A stretch of 63,974 nucleotides of DNA, the filler included, from Candidatus Methanoxibalbensis ujae (GTDB lineage: Archaea > Halobacteriota > Syntropharchaeia > Alkanophagales > Methanospirareceae), in the NCBI GenBank assembly GCA_026134085.1. It is 10 parts of 10 records of this genome, joined end to end, with 100 filler letters (N's around TTAATTAATTAA, not from the genome) between each part and the next. Parts side by side here need not be neighbours in the genome. Positions count along the whole stretch, not along the records: positions 14,845 to 21,713 come from JAOQIN010000063.1; positions 21,814 to 28,554 come from JAOQIN010000064.1; positions 28,655 to 34,747 come from JAOQIN010000065.1; 7 more parts are not named here. One strand, written 5' to 3'. The notes under the pieces were generated by a model. That model searched no databases. It saw only the letters and a list, made by a program, of their open reading frames with translations, and had not been told where the DNA came from. The translations under genes and the position numbers were made by a program. Below are positions 19,367-29,179 of this stretch, piece by piece (position 1 is the first letter of the stretch; the number at the start of each line of letters is the position of its first letter).

Positions 19367-21340
19367 ATGATACTATCAGGGCGTGTTGTTGGCGACAGGC
19401 ATGCGAGGTTTAAGCATCGCTGGTTCGGCATCCTTGAGGTGGAAACAGATGATTGCTGGAGAATTTCGCTATATATGTCCGGAAGTGTGGCGCAGTGGTT
19501 GAGAAATGGTGAGCGTGTTGATGTCAATGTGCTCAAAGGAAGCGTGAAATCTGTGCTTCTCTTCGATGAATACGAGCTTTTCAGGTTTTATCATGATTAT
19601 GAGGATGAGAATGAGAGTGAAGATGAGAGCGGCGAATATGAGAACAAAAGCGGAAAGAGCTCAGAAGAGCAGAAGAAGCCTGTTGATGGAGGATCTAATG
19701 AGCGCATAAAGATATGGCCTGTCTGGGAGCATGAGTTGAAGTTTGAGCGAAAGAATGCGTTTGACACGAAATTGTACACATACAGATTGAGAGCGAGGGA
19801 AGCAGTTTACGAGGCAGATTATGAGGAGATTGCGGATCTTGAGCAATATCACTACGCGTCGCAGAAGGAATTTGTGGCGGTTTGGATTTGTGAGAAATGC
19901 CACAGGCTCATTGATGCGAACACGAAACCGCTTTGTGATAGATGTGGGACGGATGAACATGTTCACATACTTGAGATAAAGGGCTCAACGCCAGCATCTC
20001 GCTTTCTGATAATAGAGCAGAAGAAGAAAAGCGGTTACGAGCCGAGGGTTCTCGCATATGTGCGGGTGGACCCACCTGTGCCGATGATGCATCGTCTTCT
20101 GCCAAGCGGAGAAGTTGTGAGGAACATCAGGGAGCGTGTGTTTGAGGAGTCGTGGTTCTCCCCATCATTCAGCATTGAGCCGAAGACGCATCATGAGACG
20201 CGGAGCGGAGCGGGGAGCAGGCTGCCGGGGTATGAGAAGTGGCATGCAATTGAGACATGCAACACGGCAGCTGCGAGAATTGCGCGTGTCGTCGTCCATC
20301 CCGACTACCGCTCGGACGGCATCGGAAAGCTGGCCGTAAATCTCGCAGTCACATGGATAAGAGAGCGCAGGATTCCTGAGATGCGCCGTGGGAAGAAACT
20401 CGTTGAGGTGATCGCGCAGATGGCGCGTTTCAACCCCTTCTTTGAAAAGGCGGGCTTCAAATATCTCTGGGACACGAGCAGCGGAAAACCTGTTCTATAC
20501 CTGCCACTGACAGATGATGCGGAAGAGCGCATAGAGAAATTCCTTCAAACGGATAAATATGCAAAACACAGAGGAAAACTATTCATATCTCGTTACGGTG
20601 AGGTTGAAAAGCTGAGTTCTCACATAATTTTTGAAAATGTCACGAAAATATTCAGTAATGAGATAGATATCAAAATTTCGCCTGAGGTTTCTGAGATTTT
20701 GCAGGCATTTCAGGTGGGACATCGTCGCATACAGCGAGAGGTGCTGAGAAATCTGAGCATACGCATCTCTCCCGGTGAGATTTTATGTGTTGTCGGTGCA
20801 AGTGGTGCCGGGAAGACGACTTTTCTGCGCATACTCGCATGTTCGGCTATGAAAAGAAAGGAGGAGAAGTGTGTTCCTGATTCCGGATATGTGAAAGTGC
20901 CTGATAATGTGAGGGCAGCTGTCATTATTCCTGATGAATTTGAGCCCGAATTCGGCGATCACAGCATAATAGAGCATGTTTTCAGGAAGTGCGGCGACCC
21001 TTATGTGGCTGTTGAGGTGCTGAGCGCATGCGGTCTTTCAGATGCGATATTATATCGTGCGAAATTTCATGAGCTCTCAACCGGTCAGAAGGAGCGTGCG
21101 AAGCTCGCATCTGTTTTCGCGGAGAAGCCAAACCTCATAATCATAGACGAGTTCGCGGCGCATCTTGATCCGCTCGCTGCAAAGAGGGTTGCGAGGAAGG
21201 TTGCAGAGATGTGCAGGAAAGCGGGGATCACGCTCATTGTTGCAACTCACAGACGGGAGGTGAAGGATGCGCTCGCACCTGAAAAAACGCTGCACATAGG
21301 ATACGGAACTTATTTTGTCCGGCAGCATCCCCGACATTGA
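19367..21340 (+). CDS. GNAT acetyltransferase fused to an ABC-type ATPase (COG2401-like)
   Basis: CxxC...CxxC zinc ribbon; RIARVVVHPDYRSDGIG acetyl-CoA motif; GASGAGKT, LSTGQ, IIIDEF; no TM segments. Confidence 0.85.
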   Translation: MILSGRVVGDRHARFKHRWFGILEVETDDCWRISLYMSGSVAQWLRNGERVDVNVLKGSVKSVLLFDEYELFRFYHDYEDENESEDESGEYENKSGKSSEEQKKPVDGGSNERIKIWPVWEHELKFERKNAFDTKLYTYRLRAREAVYEADYEEIADLEQYHYASQKEFVAVWICEKCHRLIDANTKPLCDRCGTDEHVHILEIKGSTPASRFLIIEQKKKSGYEPRVLAYVRVDPPVPMMHRLLPSGEVVRNIRERVFEESWFSPSFSIEPKTHHETRSGAGSRLPGYEKWHAIETCNTAAARIARVVVHPDYRSDGIGKLAVNLAVTWIRERRIPEMRRGKKLVEVIAQMARFNPFFEKAGFKYLWDTSSGKPVLYLPLTDDAEERIEKFLQTDKYAKHRGKLFISRYGEVEKLSSHIIFENVTKIFSNEIDIKISPEVSEILQAFQVGHRRIQREVLRNLSIRISPGEILCVVGASGAGKTTFLRILACSAMKRKEEKCVPDSGYVKVPDNVRAAVIIPDEFEPEFGDHSIIEHVFRKCGDPYVAVEVLSACGLSDAILYRAKFHELSTGQKERAKLASVFAEKPNLIIIDEFAAHLDPLAAKRVARKVAEMCRKAGITLIVATHRREVKDALAPEKTLHIGYGTYFVRQHPRH

Positions 21341-21935
21341 CATTGCACGCTGCACTCTGGTCCCGCTCATAGTCACTTTGCTGAGAGTGTCTGGCTGAGC
21401 TGAGTGATATTCTCACTTTGATGTGAGAGGGGAGTGTGATCGGGTTAGCCAGATGAGCCTCCATGGCTCACTTCTCAGTCCAAGCTGAGCTCTTCCACTC
21501 GCAGGCAGGAGAGTGCCCGAGTGCTGAGCGGTGAGTGCTGAGCGGTGAGTGGTTTGAGGATGTGCGTGATGGTGCATCATGATGATTGTTATCTTGGACT
21601 TGCAGACCTTATTTTAGGATGATGTTGCTGCTAATTCCCTCCTTTTCAAAGGAGGGATACAGCAGGGGAGGCGGGCGGGAAAGATTTTTAAGTAGAAATA
21701 TACTAAAAATTAANNNNNNNNNNNNNNNNNNNNNNNNNNNNNNNNNNNNNNNNNNNNTTAATTAATTAANNNNNNNNNNNNNNNNNNNNNNNNNNNNNNN
21801 NNNNNNNNNNNNNTTGATCATCTCTCATTCAACGACTACACCTCCAAAACAATCGCATGAACAGTGCTCCTCAATATAATCATCACTCCCCTATCTCATA
21901 CAAATGATGTTATTGTTGAGCATTTATATTTTGAA

Positions 21936-22498
21936 ACCATAGTTTCCATCACCATGGTAGCTGGTAAAGAAAGCCAGCAAGCTGAGGATTATCTTAACAG
22001 CCAGGCATCTCCTACTCACTGCCCTTGTAAACTTCAATCTTGGTGTTTCGATTTTCCTTCTCAGTCTGGAGAGAAATCCATGGTATTCTGCTTCCTCATC
22101 GCTATCATGTTTTCCCTCTTCACGGCAACAAATCTGACTTCTCTCTTCTGGCTTCTTCCAGTCTTTTAGTCTTCGATCTTTTTTCTCATCCGTGATGTCG
22201 CTTATTACTTCTCTCTTTTTGGGTCTCCTTTCACAATCTCTTCTGTCTCAACAGGTTTTGCGTCAACTACCTCCTGAGACTTTCTCAGATCTTCAATAAA
22301 ATGAACATGAGGATAACTCCGCTGAAGTGTAGATGTGCGAGAAACTGTCATCAGATCGTGGAGAGGCATTACCTCCCCGTTCGCCTTTGACGGATAGAAT
22401 CCACGATGATGTGTTCTCTTATCGTGCTTATTCATTTATCCACTAAATCCATAATTTTGGATTATTGTTAATTTATATTACTTCTGGTGGGAAACTAT
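21936..22498 (-). mobile_element. internally deleted IS982-family element (non-autonomous)
   Basis: Imperfect terminal inverted repeats sharing ATAGTTTCC; candidate 8-bp target duplication ATTTTGAA (21928-21935, 22499-22506); frameshifted transposase remnants AHLHFSGVI, IEDLRK, VVDAKPVET. Confidence 0.65.
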
Positions 22499-22579
22499 AT
22501 TTTGAAAATTAAAAAAAATTAATTTTGAAAGTTAAATATGATCTGAAAGGATGAATGATTTCGGACATCACAGGCTGCA

Positions 22580-23371
22580 TCAGAGGGCACTCACATTCCT
22601 CTCATAACTTCGAAATCCAAAACATAATTTCACAACAGATGATGAGCAAACTGCATGAACTTCTGTTTTGACAGGTATGAGATCGTCTTTGGATATCCAT
22701 GTTCTGAGTTCCGCATGTGTTGCGAAGGGTATGACAGGATATGAAAGCCCATAAGATATTATATATGCATTTTCACTTTCATTTATTCCATTGATCTCAG
22801 CGTGTTTAAAAAGCATGGCAAGATGAATGTTATCAGCAAGTATGATATCATACGGAAAAATTGATTCATTGCAGACCGCGAATGTCCGGACATTCTCAGA
22901 AAGTTCTGGCATGAAAACATGATATTCCGTGCCATCATCCAATATCCAAGCGTTTCTCAGGATGACACGCATGCACTCATGTGCCTCTTTGTTGGTGGTA
23001 TTATCGCTGATATTATAATCATAACCTGTGAAATCTATTCTGATTTTTGAGTTATTACCTTCATTGATCAATTTCAAACGAAATTCCGTTGTTGAATGTT
23101 CATGATACGATTTTCCGTATATTGAGCGCGTGAAGAAAGCATCTCCGCTGAGCGATTTCAAATGGCTGACTGCGTGCATTGATGCATTCAGTATATCGTG
23201 TGCGTATTTGTCTCCTCCATCGCACGCCTCTGTCGCACCGTGCTGTGTGGGCTGTGACCATGTATGTTGTGACCATATATGTTGTGCCCATGGTATAACA
23301 ACAGTGATAACTATTAATACAGACGCAACGAACAGCGTTGCTATAACAGCAAACATCTTTTCATTCATCAA
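22580..23371 (-). CDS. membrane-anchored hypothetical protein, possibly LolA-like fold
   Basis: Single N-terminal TM; LRTWISKDDLIPVKTE motif near the C-terminus. Confidence 0.55.
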   Translation of the reverse strand: MMNEKMFAVIATLFVASVLIVITVVIPWAQHIWSQHTWSQPTQHGATEACDGGDKYAHDILNASMHAVSHLKSLSGDAFFTRSIYGKSYHEHSTTEFRLKLINEGNNSKIRIDFTGYDYNISDNTTNKEAHECMRVILRNAWILDDGTEYHVFMPELSENVRTFAVCNESIFPYDIILADNIHLAMLFKHAEINGINESENAYIISYGLSYPVIPFATHAELRTWISKDDLIPVKTEVHAVCSSSVVKLCFGFRSYERNVSAL

Positions 23372-23502
23372 TTATCATATGTAAAAAAAATTAATTATGC
23401 TTTTTCTTTATGTAAAATCTGCTATTTAATGTGTGATATTCATTTGAATCTCAGCAAAATTATATTAGATGTCACCACTTTATTCGAGATAGGTGAGATA
23501 AA

Positions 23503-23766
23503 ATGAGAATAATATTGATGATGATGGTGCTGATCTTGCTCATTACTGCTACAATAATGTCGGTTAATGCGAGGACAGGTTTAGGTGATGCTGACGGTGA
23601 CTGTGTTCCAGATGCTCTGGATGTTGATGCGGACGGCGATGGCATGCCAAATATGTATGAGGTCTTCACAGGAACTGACCCGCTTGTGAGGGATAGTTTC
23701 ACAGATGCGATTATGGGTGTTGCAGACGCTGCAGCAAATCTGAGCGATGTGGTGGAGATAGAGTAG
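23503..23766 (+). CDS. small secreted acidic protein with DxDGD calcium-binding-like repeats
   Basis: Signal peptide, then GDADGDCVPDALDVDADGDGMPNMYEVFTGTDP; AGGTGA RBS. Confidence 0.65.
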   Translation: MRIILMMMVLILLITATIMSVNARTGLGDADGDCVPDALDVDADGDGMPNMYEVFTGTDPLVRDSFTDAIMGVADAAANLSDVVEIE

Positions 23767-23868
23767 ATGGAGTAACGGCAATGGCTATGGCGATGGAGTG
23801 AGAGTGATTGTGGGAGTTGGTATAGTTGGTCTGAGAGGTATAGCTGGCATGAGAGGCGGTGATGGAGT

Positions 23869-25821
23869 ATGCGAAAGAGGAGTGTGAAAAAGAAGCTAAT
23901 TGAGCTGCTGGGATGCATAGTGCTGACTTCGCTGCTCATCGGTGTTGCATCAGCGGACGGCGTGACAGTGAGTGCGGATGTGCATCCCGGCACAATATCA
24001 CTGGATGAGGTCGCGCATGTGTCTGTCGGAATCAAAACAACATATTCGGCAACAGCATTTCCGGTTGATGTGGTTCTTGTGATTGACTGCTCAGGATCCA
24101 TGGAGAGATATGGAACGATAATTTCTGGTCCTGAAGAAGTCAATTTAACAACAAGTTATAAGAAAATAGGGGAGTTCTCTCTGTCTGAGGAGTCAGATGT
24201 GGAGGTTATGCTTCAGATTTCTGTTGATATTTATCGCAGTAGGGACATATTTTTTGCATATTTGAAGAGGAAAGGGGGAAGCTGGCAGAGCTCCAGGAAG
24301 AGCGGGTATTCCACTGTCAGATGGAATGACATTCAGCCCGGAACATATGAGGTATATGCAAAATTACGTTATTTAAGTGGTGAAAGAGGGCGAATATTTG
24401 CTGTTGAACTCCCACCGGAGCGCATTGAATCGGCGAAGGATGCTGCATGTGCGTTTGTTGACATGCTCGGCGATGATGACAGAGCTGGTGTTGTCAAGTT
24501 TCATTCAGGAGGCTGGAGCTATGAGCCATACTGCAAGCTTGTTCAGCCGCTTGAATCAAACAAGAATGCTGTGAAGAATGTTATAAGGAACACGCTGAGA
24601 GCGAGTGGAGGAACGCCCATGGGCGAGGGATTGGACAGAGCGCTTGACCATCTTGAATCACATCATGCGCGTGAAAATGCTGTGAAAGCGATCATAATGC
24701 TCACTGATGGATGGTGGAACATGGGCTGCAACCCGATTGAACAGGCTCACAGAGCGAAAGGTGATGGAATCCCGATATACACAATAGGATGGGGCGGTGT
24801 GAACGAGAGTGCGTTGAGAGAGATTGCTGATATTTCAGGCGGAAAATTTTATAAAGCTGCAACTGGCGATGATTTACGAGATATTTATGAGGAAATAGCA
24901 GTTGAAATTTCAAATATAGGGGCGAAAAATGCGACATTAAATGTCGAACTCAGCAGATATGTGGAATATGCAGGCAGCGCAAATCCCGAGCCCGAGGTTT
25001 ATGGCAGGAATCTTACATGGAATCTCGGAACTCTCTATGCAAACGATACGACATATATATCATTTGATGTGCGTCCTGAGGTAAAGGGGTTCATACCGAT
25101 AAACACCAACAGTTCTGTTCTCACATACTTCTCCTACGAATATGATCATGATGAGTTGAAGGAGGAGGAAGTTCCTGTTGTGCATGTGAATGTTGTCTCC
25201 TCAGCCCGTCCAGTGGCGATACTGACAGCAAATCCAGATGGTGGTGATGTGGGAGAGCCGATATTTTTTGATGCATCTCAGAGCTACGATCCTGACGGCT
25301 ACATCGTGCGTTATATCTGGAATTTTGATTCATTTTCAGGGTCAATTGCGGCATTCAATTACAGCTTCAATGAATCAGGCACATATCAAGTGAATCTGAC
25401 AGTTGTGGACAATGATGGTCTTGATAATTCCACAACCGTAACAGTAAATATAAACGAAAGCCACCATGGAAGGGCAAGCAGAAATCTCACAGTTCTCAAC
25501 ATGAGCATATCCGCAGACAAGGAGAGAATTAAAATAGGACAGCCTGTCAGCATTTCTGGAAATGTGACACTTGACAACACAGTCAACACAAATGTCAGTA
25601 TAGAAATACATATCAATGGTGAGGAGATTGCGAGCAGATCTGAGAATATCGGCGGGGGTCGGGTGACGATAAACATATCAGCGACATGGGTGCCGATGAC
25701 AAGCGGCAAACATCGCATATCCCTGCATGTGTATGAGCTTGCAGAGCAGGAGAAGCTCTGGATACCTCCTGTGAATGATCCTGTGATAGAGAGAGAGGTT
25801 CTCATAGAGAGGATATCATGA
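23869..25821 (+). CDS. cell-surface protein with VWA, PKD and Ig-like domains
   Basis: Signal peptide; DCSGSM MIDAS, GGTPMG and LTDG; FDASQSYDPDGYIVRYIWNF PKD motif. Confidence 0.88.
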   Translation: MRKRSVKKKLIELLGCIVLTSLLIGVASADGVTVSADVHPGTISLDEVAHVSVGIKTTYSATAFPVDVVLVIDCSGSMERYGTIISGPEEVNLTTSYKKIGEFSLSEESDVEVMLQISVDIYRSRDIFFAYLKRKGGSWQSSRKSGYSTVRWNDIQPGTYEVYAKLRYLSGERGRIFAVELPPERIESAKDAACAFVDMLGDDDRAGVVKFHSGGWSYEPYCKLVQPLESNKNAVKNVIRNTLRASGGTPMGEGLDRALDHLESHHARENAVKAIIMLTDGWWNMGCNPIEQAHRAKGDGIPIYTIGWGGVNESALREIADISGGKFYKAATGDDLRDIYEEIAVEISNIGAKNATLNVELSRYVEYAGSANPEPEVYGRNLTWNLGTLYANDTTYISFDVRPEVKGFIPINTNSSVLTYFSYEYDHDELKEEEVPVVHVNVVSSARPVAILTANPDGGDVGEPIFFDASQSYDPDGYIVRYIWNFDSFSGSIAAFNYSFNESGTYQVNLTVVDNDGLDNSTTVTVNINESHHGRASRNLTVLNMSISADKERIKIGQPVSISGNVTLDNTVNTNVSIEIHINGEEIASRSENIGGGRVTINISATWVPMTSGKHRISLHVYELAEQEKLWIPPVNDPVIEREVLIERIS

Positions 25822-25921
25822 ATGTATCATGAATGCATGAATGTATCATGAACGCCCGCACACTGTCAGAGAGGCATGTCTGCTCTCATCTCTTATTTAT
25901 GAGGATGAAGAATTTTCGTGG

Positions 25922-27190
25922 ATGCGTGATTTAATTGGGAGACTTGAGGCATCAGGCAGGCTTGTTGAGATAGATCGGGAGGTCTCATCAAAATACGAAG
26001 CAGCTGCGATTTGTGCGGAGATTGAGCGCAGGGAGAGGAAGGCTGTGCTTTTTCATGCTGTTGATGGTGCTCATTGTGTTCTGATGAATGCTGTCTGCGG
26101 CAGGGATGTTCTGGCCGATATTTTGAGAGTTCGTAAGGATGAGCTCACATCGCATCTCGCAGGCGTTCTGCGGCGCGTCTCATCATACAGCGATGCTGTC
26201 AGGATTGTTGAGGAATCGCCGACTAAGGAAGTTGTTGAGAGAGATCTGAGTGGAATTCCAATTCTCACATATTTCAGGGAGGATGGCGGCCCATATATAT
26301 CATCAGGCGTTGTAGTTGCGTGTCATGAAGGTGTTGTGAACGCTTCTTTTCACAGGATGATGCTCATTGACAGCTCAAAACTTGCTGTCAGGCTCGTCCC
26401 ATCCCGCCACTTGTTCAGAATGCACAGAGATGCTGTCGAGCACGGCTGTGAGCTGAGTGTTGGTGTTGTCATAGGAGCCTCTCCTATTTTTATGCTCGCC
26501 TCCGCTACGAGAGTTCAAGCAGGTGCTGAATTCGCATACGCCGCCGCACTTCATGGCGCCCCTGTTGAGGTTTTCAGGCTGAAAAACGGAGTTGTGGTTC
26601 CTCACGGAGAATATGTGATTGAAGGCCGTCTCACAGCTGAGCGATCAAAAGAAGGTCCTTTTCTTGATATCACAGGCACCTATGACCGCGTGCGGGAGGA
26701 GCCTGTTCTCGCAGTAGATCGCGTTTATCATCGCAAAGAGCCCATATATCACGCAATCATGCCGGCATCAACAGAGCATAAGACACTGATGGGTGTTCCT
26801 TATGAGCCTCTCATATTTAATGCGGTTGAAAATGCAGCATCTGTCAGAGATGTTGTGCTGACTGAGGGCGGCTGCTGCTATTTACATGCTGTCGTTCAGA
26901 TAGATAAAACAGCAGAGGGAGAGGCGAAGAATGCAATTCTCGCAGCTTTCGCAGCGCATCCGAGCCTTAAGTGTGTGATTGTTGTTGATAAGGACATAAA
27001 TCCCCACGATATTTCATCGGTGGAATATGCAATCGCAACACGAGTCCGCTGGTCGGAGGATGTTGTTTTCGTGCCTCGTGCAAAGGGCTCCTCGCTCGAT
27101 CCATCATCAGATGACGGCATCATGACAAAAATAGGCATTGACGCCACCTCCCCCGCGCCGCCTCAGAATTTCCAAAAATTTCCAAAATGA
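25922..27190 (+). CDS. UbiD family decarboxylase (candidate anhydromevalonate phosphate decarboxylase)
   Basis: NASFHRM, EGPFLDITGTYD, VVDKDINPHD, GSSLDPS, KIGIDAT; start moved to MRDL. Confidence 0.9.
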   Translation: MRDLIGRLEASGRLVEIDREVSSKYEAAAICAEIERRERKAVLFHAVDGAHCVLMNAVCGRDVLADILRVRKDELTSHLAGVLRRVSSYSDAVRIVEESPTKEVVERDLSGIPILTYFREDGGPYISSGVVVACHEGVVNASFHRMMLIDSSKLAVRLVPSRHLFRMHRDAVEHGCELSVGVVIGASPIFMLASATRVQAGAEFAYAAALHGAPVEVFRLKNGVVVPHGEYVIEGRLTAERSKEGPFLDITGTYDRVREEPVLAVDRVYHRKEPIYHAIMPASTEHKTLMGVPYEPLIFNAVENAASVRDVVLTEGGCCYLHAVVQIDKTAEGEAKNAILAAFAAHPSLKCVIVVDKDINPHDISSVEYAIATRVRWSEDVVFVPRAKGSSLDPSSDDGIMTKIGIDATSPAPPQNFQKFPK

Positions 27191-27208
27191 CCAAATAAAA
27201 TCAGGCAG

Positions 27209-28423
27209 GTGAGCACAGTTAATGAAATAAAGGAGGTGTTTGAGGATTTGAGGGATGATCATATGAATCTGAACGCATGTTACCAATGTGGTGAATGCAC
27301 CGCTGTCTGTCCGATGCGAAGGGTCTCAAAGTTCTCACCTCGCAGTTTTATTGAGATGCGTCATGAGATCATCGGAGGAGCATCCCATGAAGAGTGGAGA
27401 AACATGTGCCTTCTCTGCGGGGCATGTTACATGAAATGTCCGCAGTGTGTTGATTTTCCACAGTTCATAATTCAAATCCGCAGCTCCCTCGGAGTCCCCG
27501 ATGATGTGCTCGCACACCGCGAGCTCTCTTTGATCTCCGAAATAATGAGCAGCCCGAGCATTCGCAGCGAAAAGACCGAATTAAAAGGCGAAACAAGCAA
27601 TAAAAGCGATATTGGATATTTTCCGGGATGCCTTCCATACTTTGATCTCTTCATGGATGTGAGCGGCGTGAATTACAGAGAAATAGGCGATTATTCGGTC
27701 AAATTGCTCAACATTATAGGCATAAAACCTCGCATATTGCCCCTGAAATGCTGCGGCCATGATATGCTGTTTCAGGGTAAGCGTGATGTATTTGAAAGAC
27801 TTATGAATTTTAACAGGAATTATGTGAAAGAAAATGATATAAAAATGATTGTTTTCAGCTGTGCGGAGGGATATTACACATTCAAGAGGTATTATGACAT
27901 GGATGTTGAGATAGTTCACATATCCCGGCTGCTTGCGGAGCATGCTTATGAGATCGAATCTGTGATTGAGGTGGGGAATCGTGAAAGGGAGGATGCCGAT
28001 TCTGCTTATGGTGAATCCGGTTGCGCATCGGGTGGTGAAAAGTTGAGAGTGGCATATCATGATCCATGTGCGCTGAAAATGCTGCGTGAGTATGATGCGC
28101 CCCGTGAAGTTCTGAGGAGAATAAGCTGTGTGGATCTTGTGGAGCTGCCTCATGCGAGGGATGATGCGTTGTGCTGTGGTGTGAGCGGTATGATGTTCTG
28201 CAACGACCTGACAAAGGCGCTTCGCACACTCAGGATGAACGAAGTCCGCGAGGTCGGCGCTGATTTCCTCGTGACAACATGTGTGAAATGCCTGTCTCAT
28301 TTCAACTGCCTCAAGATGGAAAGAATGAATGAAATGAGAGGAGGCACATATAATTTTGAGATAATGGATCTCTCAGTATTTCTCGGAAAATTGATTGATG
28401 GATCAATAGTAAAAAGAAAATAA
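27209..28423 (+). CDS. HdrD-like Fe-S oxidoreductase (two [4Fe-4S] motifs plus two CCG domains)
   Basis: CYQCGECTAVCP, CLLCGACYMKCP, YFPGC..CCG, YHDPC..CCG. Confidence 0.88.
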   Translation: MSTVNEIKEVFEDLRDDHMNLNACYQCGECTAVCPMRRVSKFSPRSFIEMRHEIIGGASHEEWRNMCLLCGACYMKCPQCVDFPQFIIQIRSSLGVPDDVLAHRELSLISEIMSSPSIRSEKTELKGETSNKSDIGYFPGCLPYFDLFMDVSGVNYREIGDYSVKLLNIIGIKPRILPLKCCGHDMLFQGKRDVFERLMNFNRNYVKENDIKMIVFSCAEGYYTFKRYYDMDVEIVHISRLLAEHAYEIESVIEVGNREREDADSAYGESGCASGGEKLRVAYHDPCALKMLREYDAPREVLRRISCVDLVELPHARDDALCCGVSGMMFCNDLTKALRTLRMNEVREVGADFLVTTCVKCLSHFNCLKMERMNEMRGGTYNFEIMDLSVFLGKLIDGSIVKRK

Positions 28424-28654
28424 TAGGCATTGCATTAATAAAATAAAAATAAATAATAAAGGCACTTCCCTTTCAAAGGAGGAGAGGAGGTTTTAAGGGA
28501 GGGAGTTTGGGGTAACAGGAGAAGGAGATACGGAAGCGGATGCGTCTTTCTTCCNNNNNNNNNNNNNNNNNNNNNNNNNNNNNNNNNNNNNNNNNNNNTT
28601 AATTAATTAANNNNNNNNNNNNNNNNNNNNNNNNNNNNNNNNNNNNNNNNNNNN

Positions 28655-28948
28655 TCAGAAAGCGTGGCTCAGGCATCAGCAGCCGCATCGGCAGCACTGA
28701 AACTCCTTTTCTCCGGAAAATACAGGATTGAAGCGGCAACAGCTGTTTTGGATTCCGAAAAATGCATATCATGCGGTCTATGCGTTGAAGCATGCCCTTT
28801 TAACGCAATTTCCCTGAAAGAAAAGCGCATAGAAAAGGTTCTGTGCAAGGGATGCGGTGCATGTGCGGCAATATGCCCGACAGGTGCAATAAAACAGCTG
28901 CACTTCACAGATAAACAGATGGCTGCGCAGATAAAAAACATATTATGA
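28655..28948 (+). CDS. hdrA: heterodisulfide reductase subunit A-like protein, C-terminal fragment (5' end truncated by contig)
   Basis: SVAQASAAAS, two ferredoxin motifs and HFTDKQMAAQI, typical of the HdrA C-terminus. Confidence 0.8.
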   Translation, partial: SESVAQASAAASAALKLLFSGKYRIEAATAVLDSEKCISCGLCVEACPFNAISLKEKRIEKVLCKGCGACAAICPTGAIKQLHFTDKQMAAQIKNIL

Positions 28949-29179
28949 TGCTCGTTTATGATGCGGGAAATCGCTGAAAGAGGAAAATGATTGATGCGAG
29001 GAAGGTGCGCTGTGAGTGAGTTTCTTTAATCTCACCTTCATTCAACAATACATTCAACAATACACCGACAGAAAAGAGTAAGTTGTGCAGTGTTGCGTGA
29101 AAGGAGGAGGATAAGGAGAGGGGAGCCGATATTATTTTTTAAGGTATATGGAAGGGAAGGAAGTGGGAGGGCATAAAAA

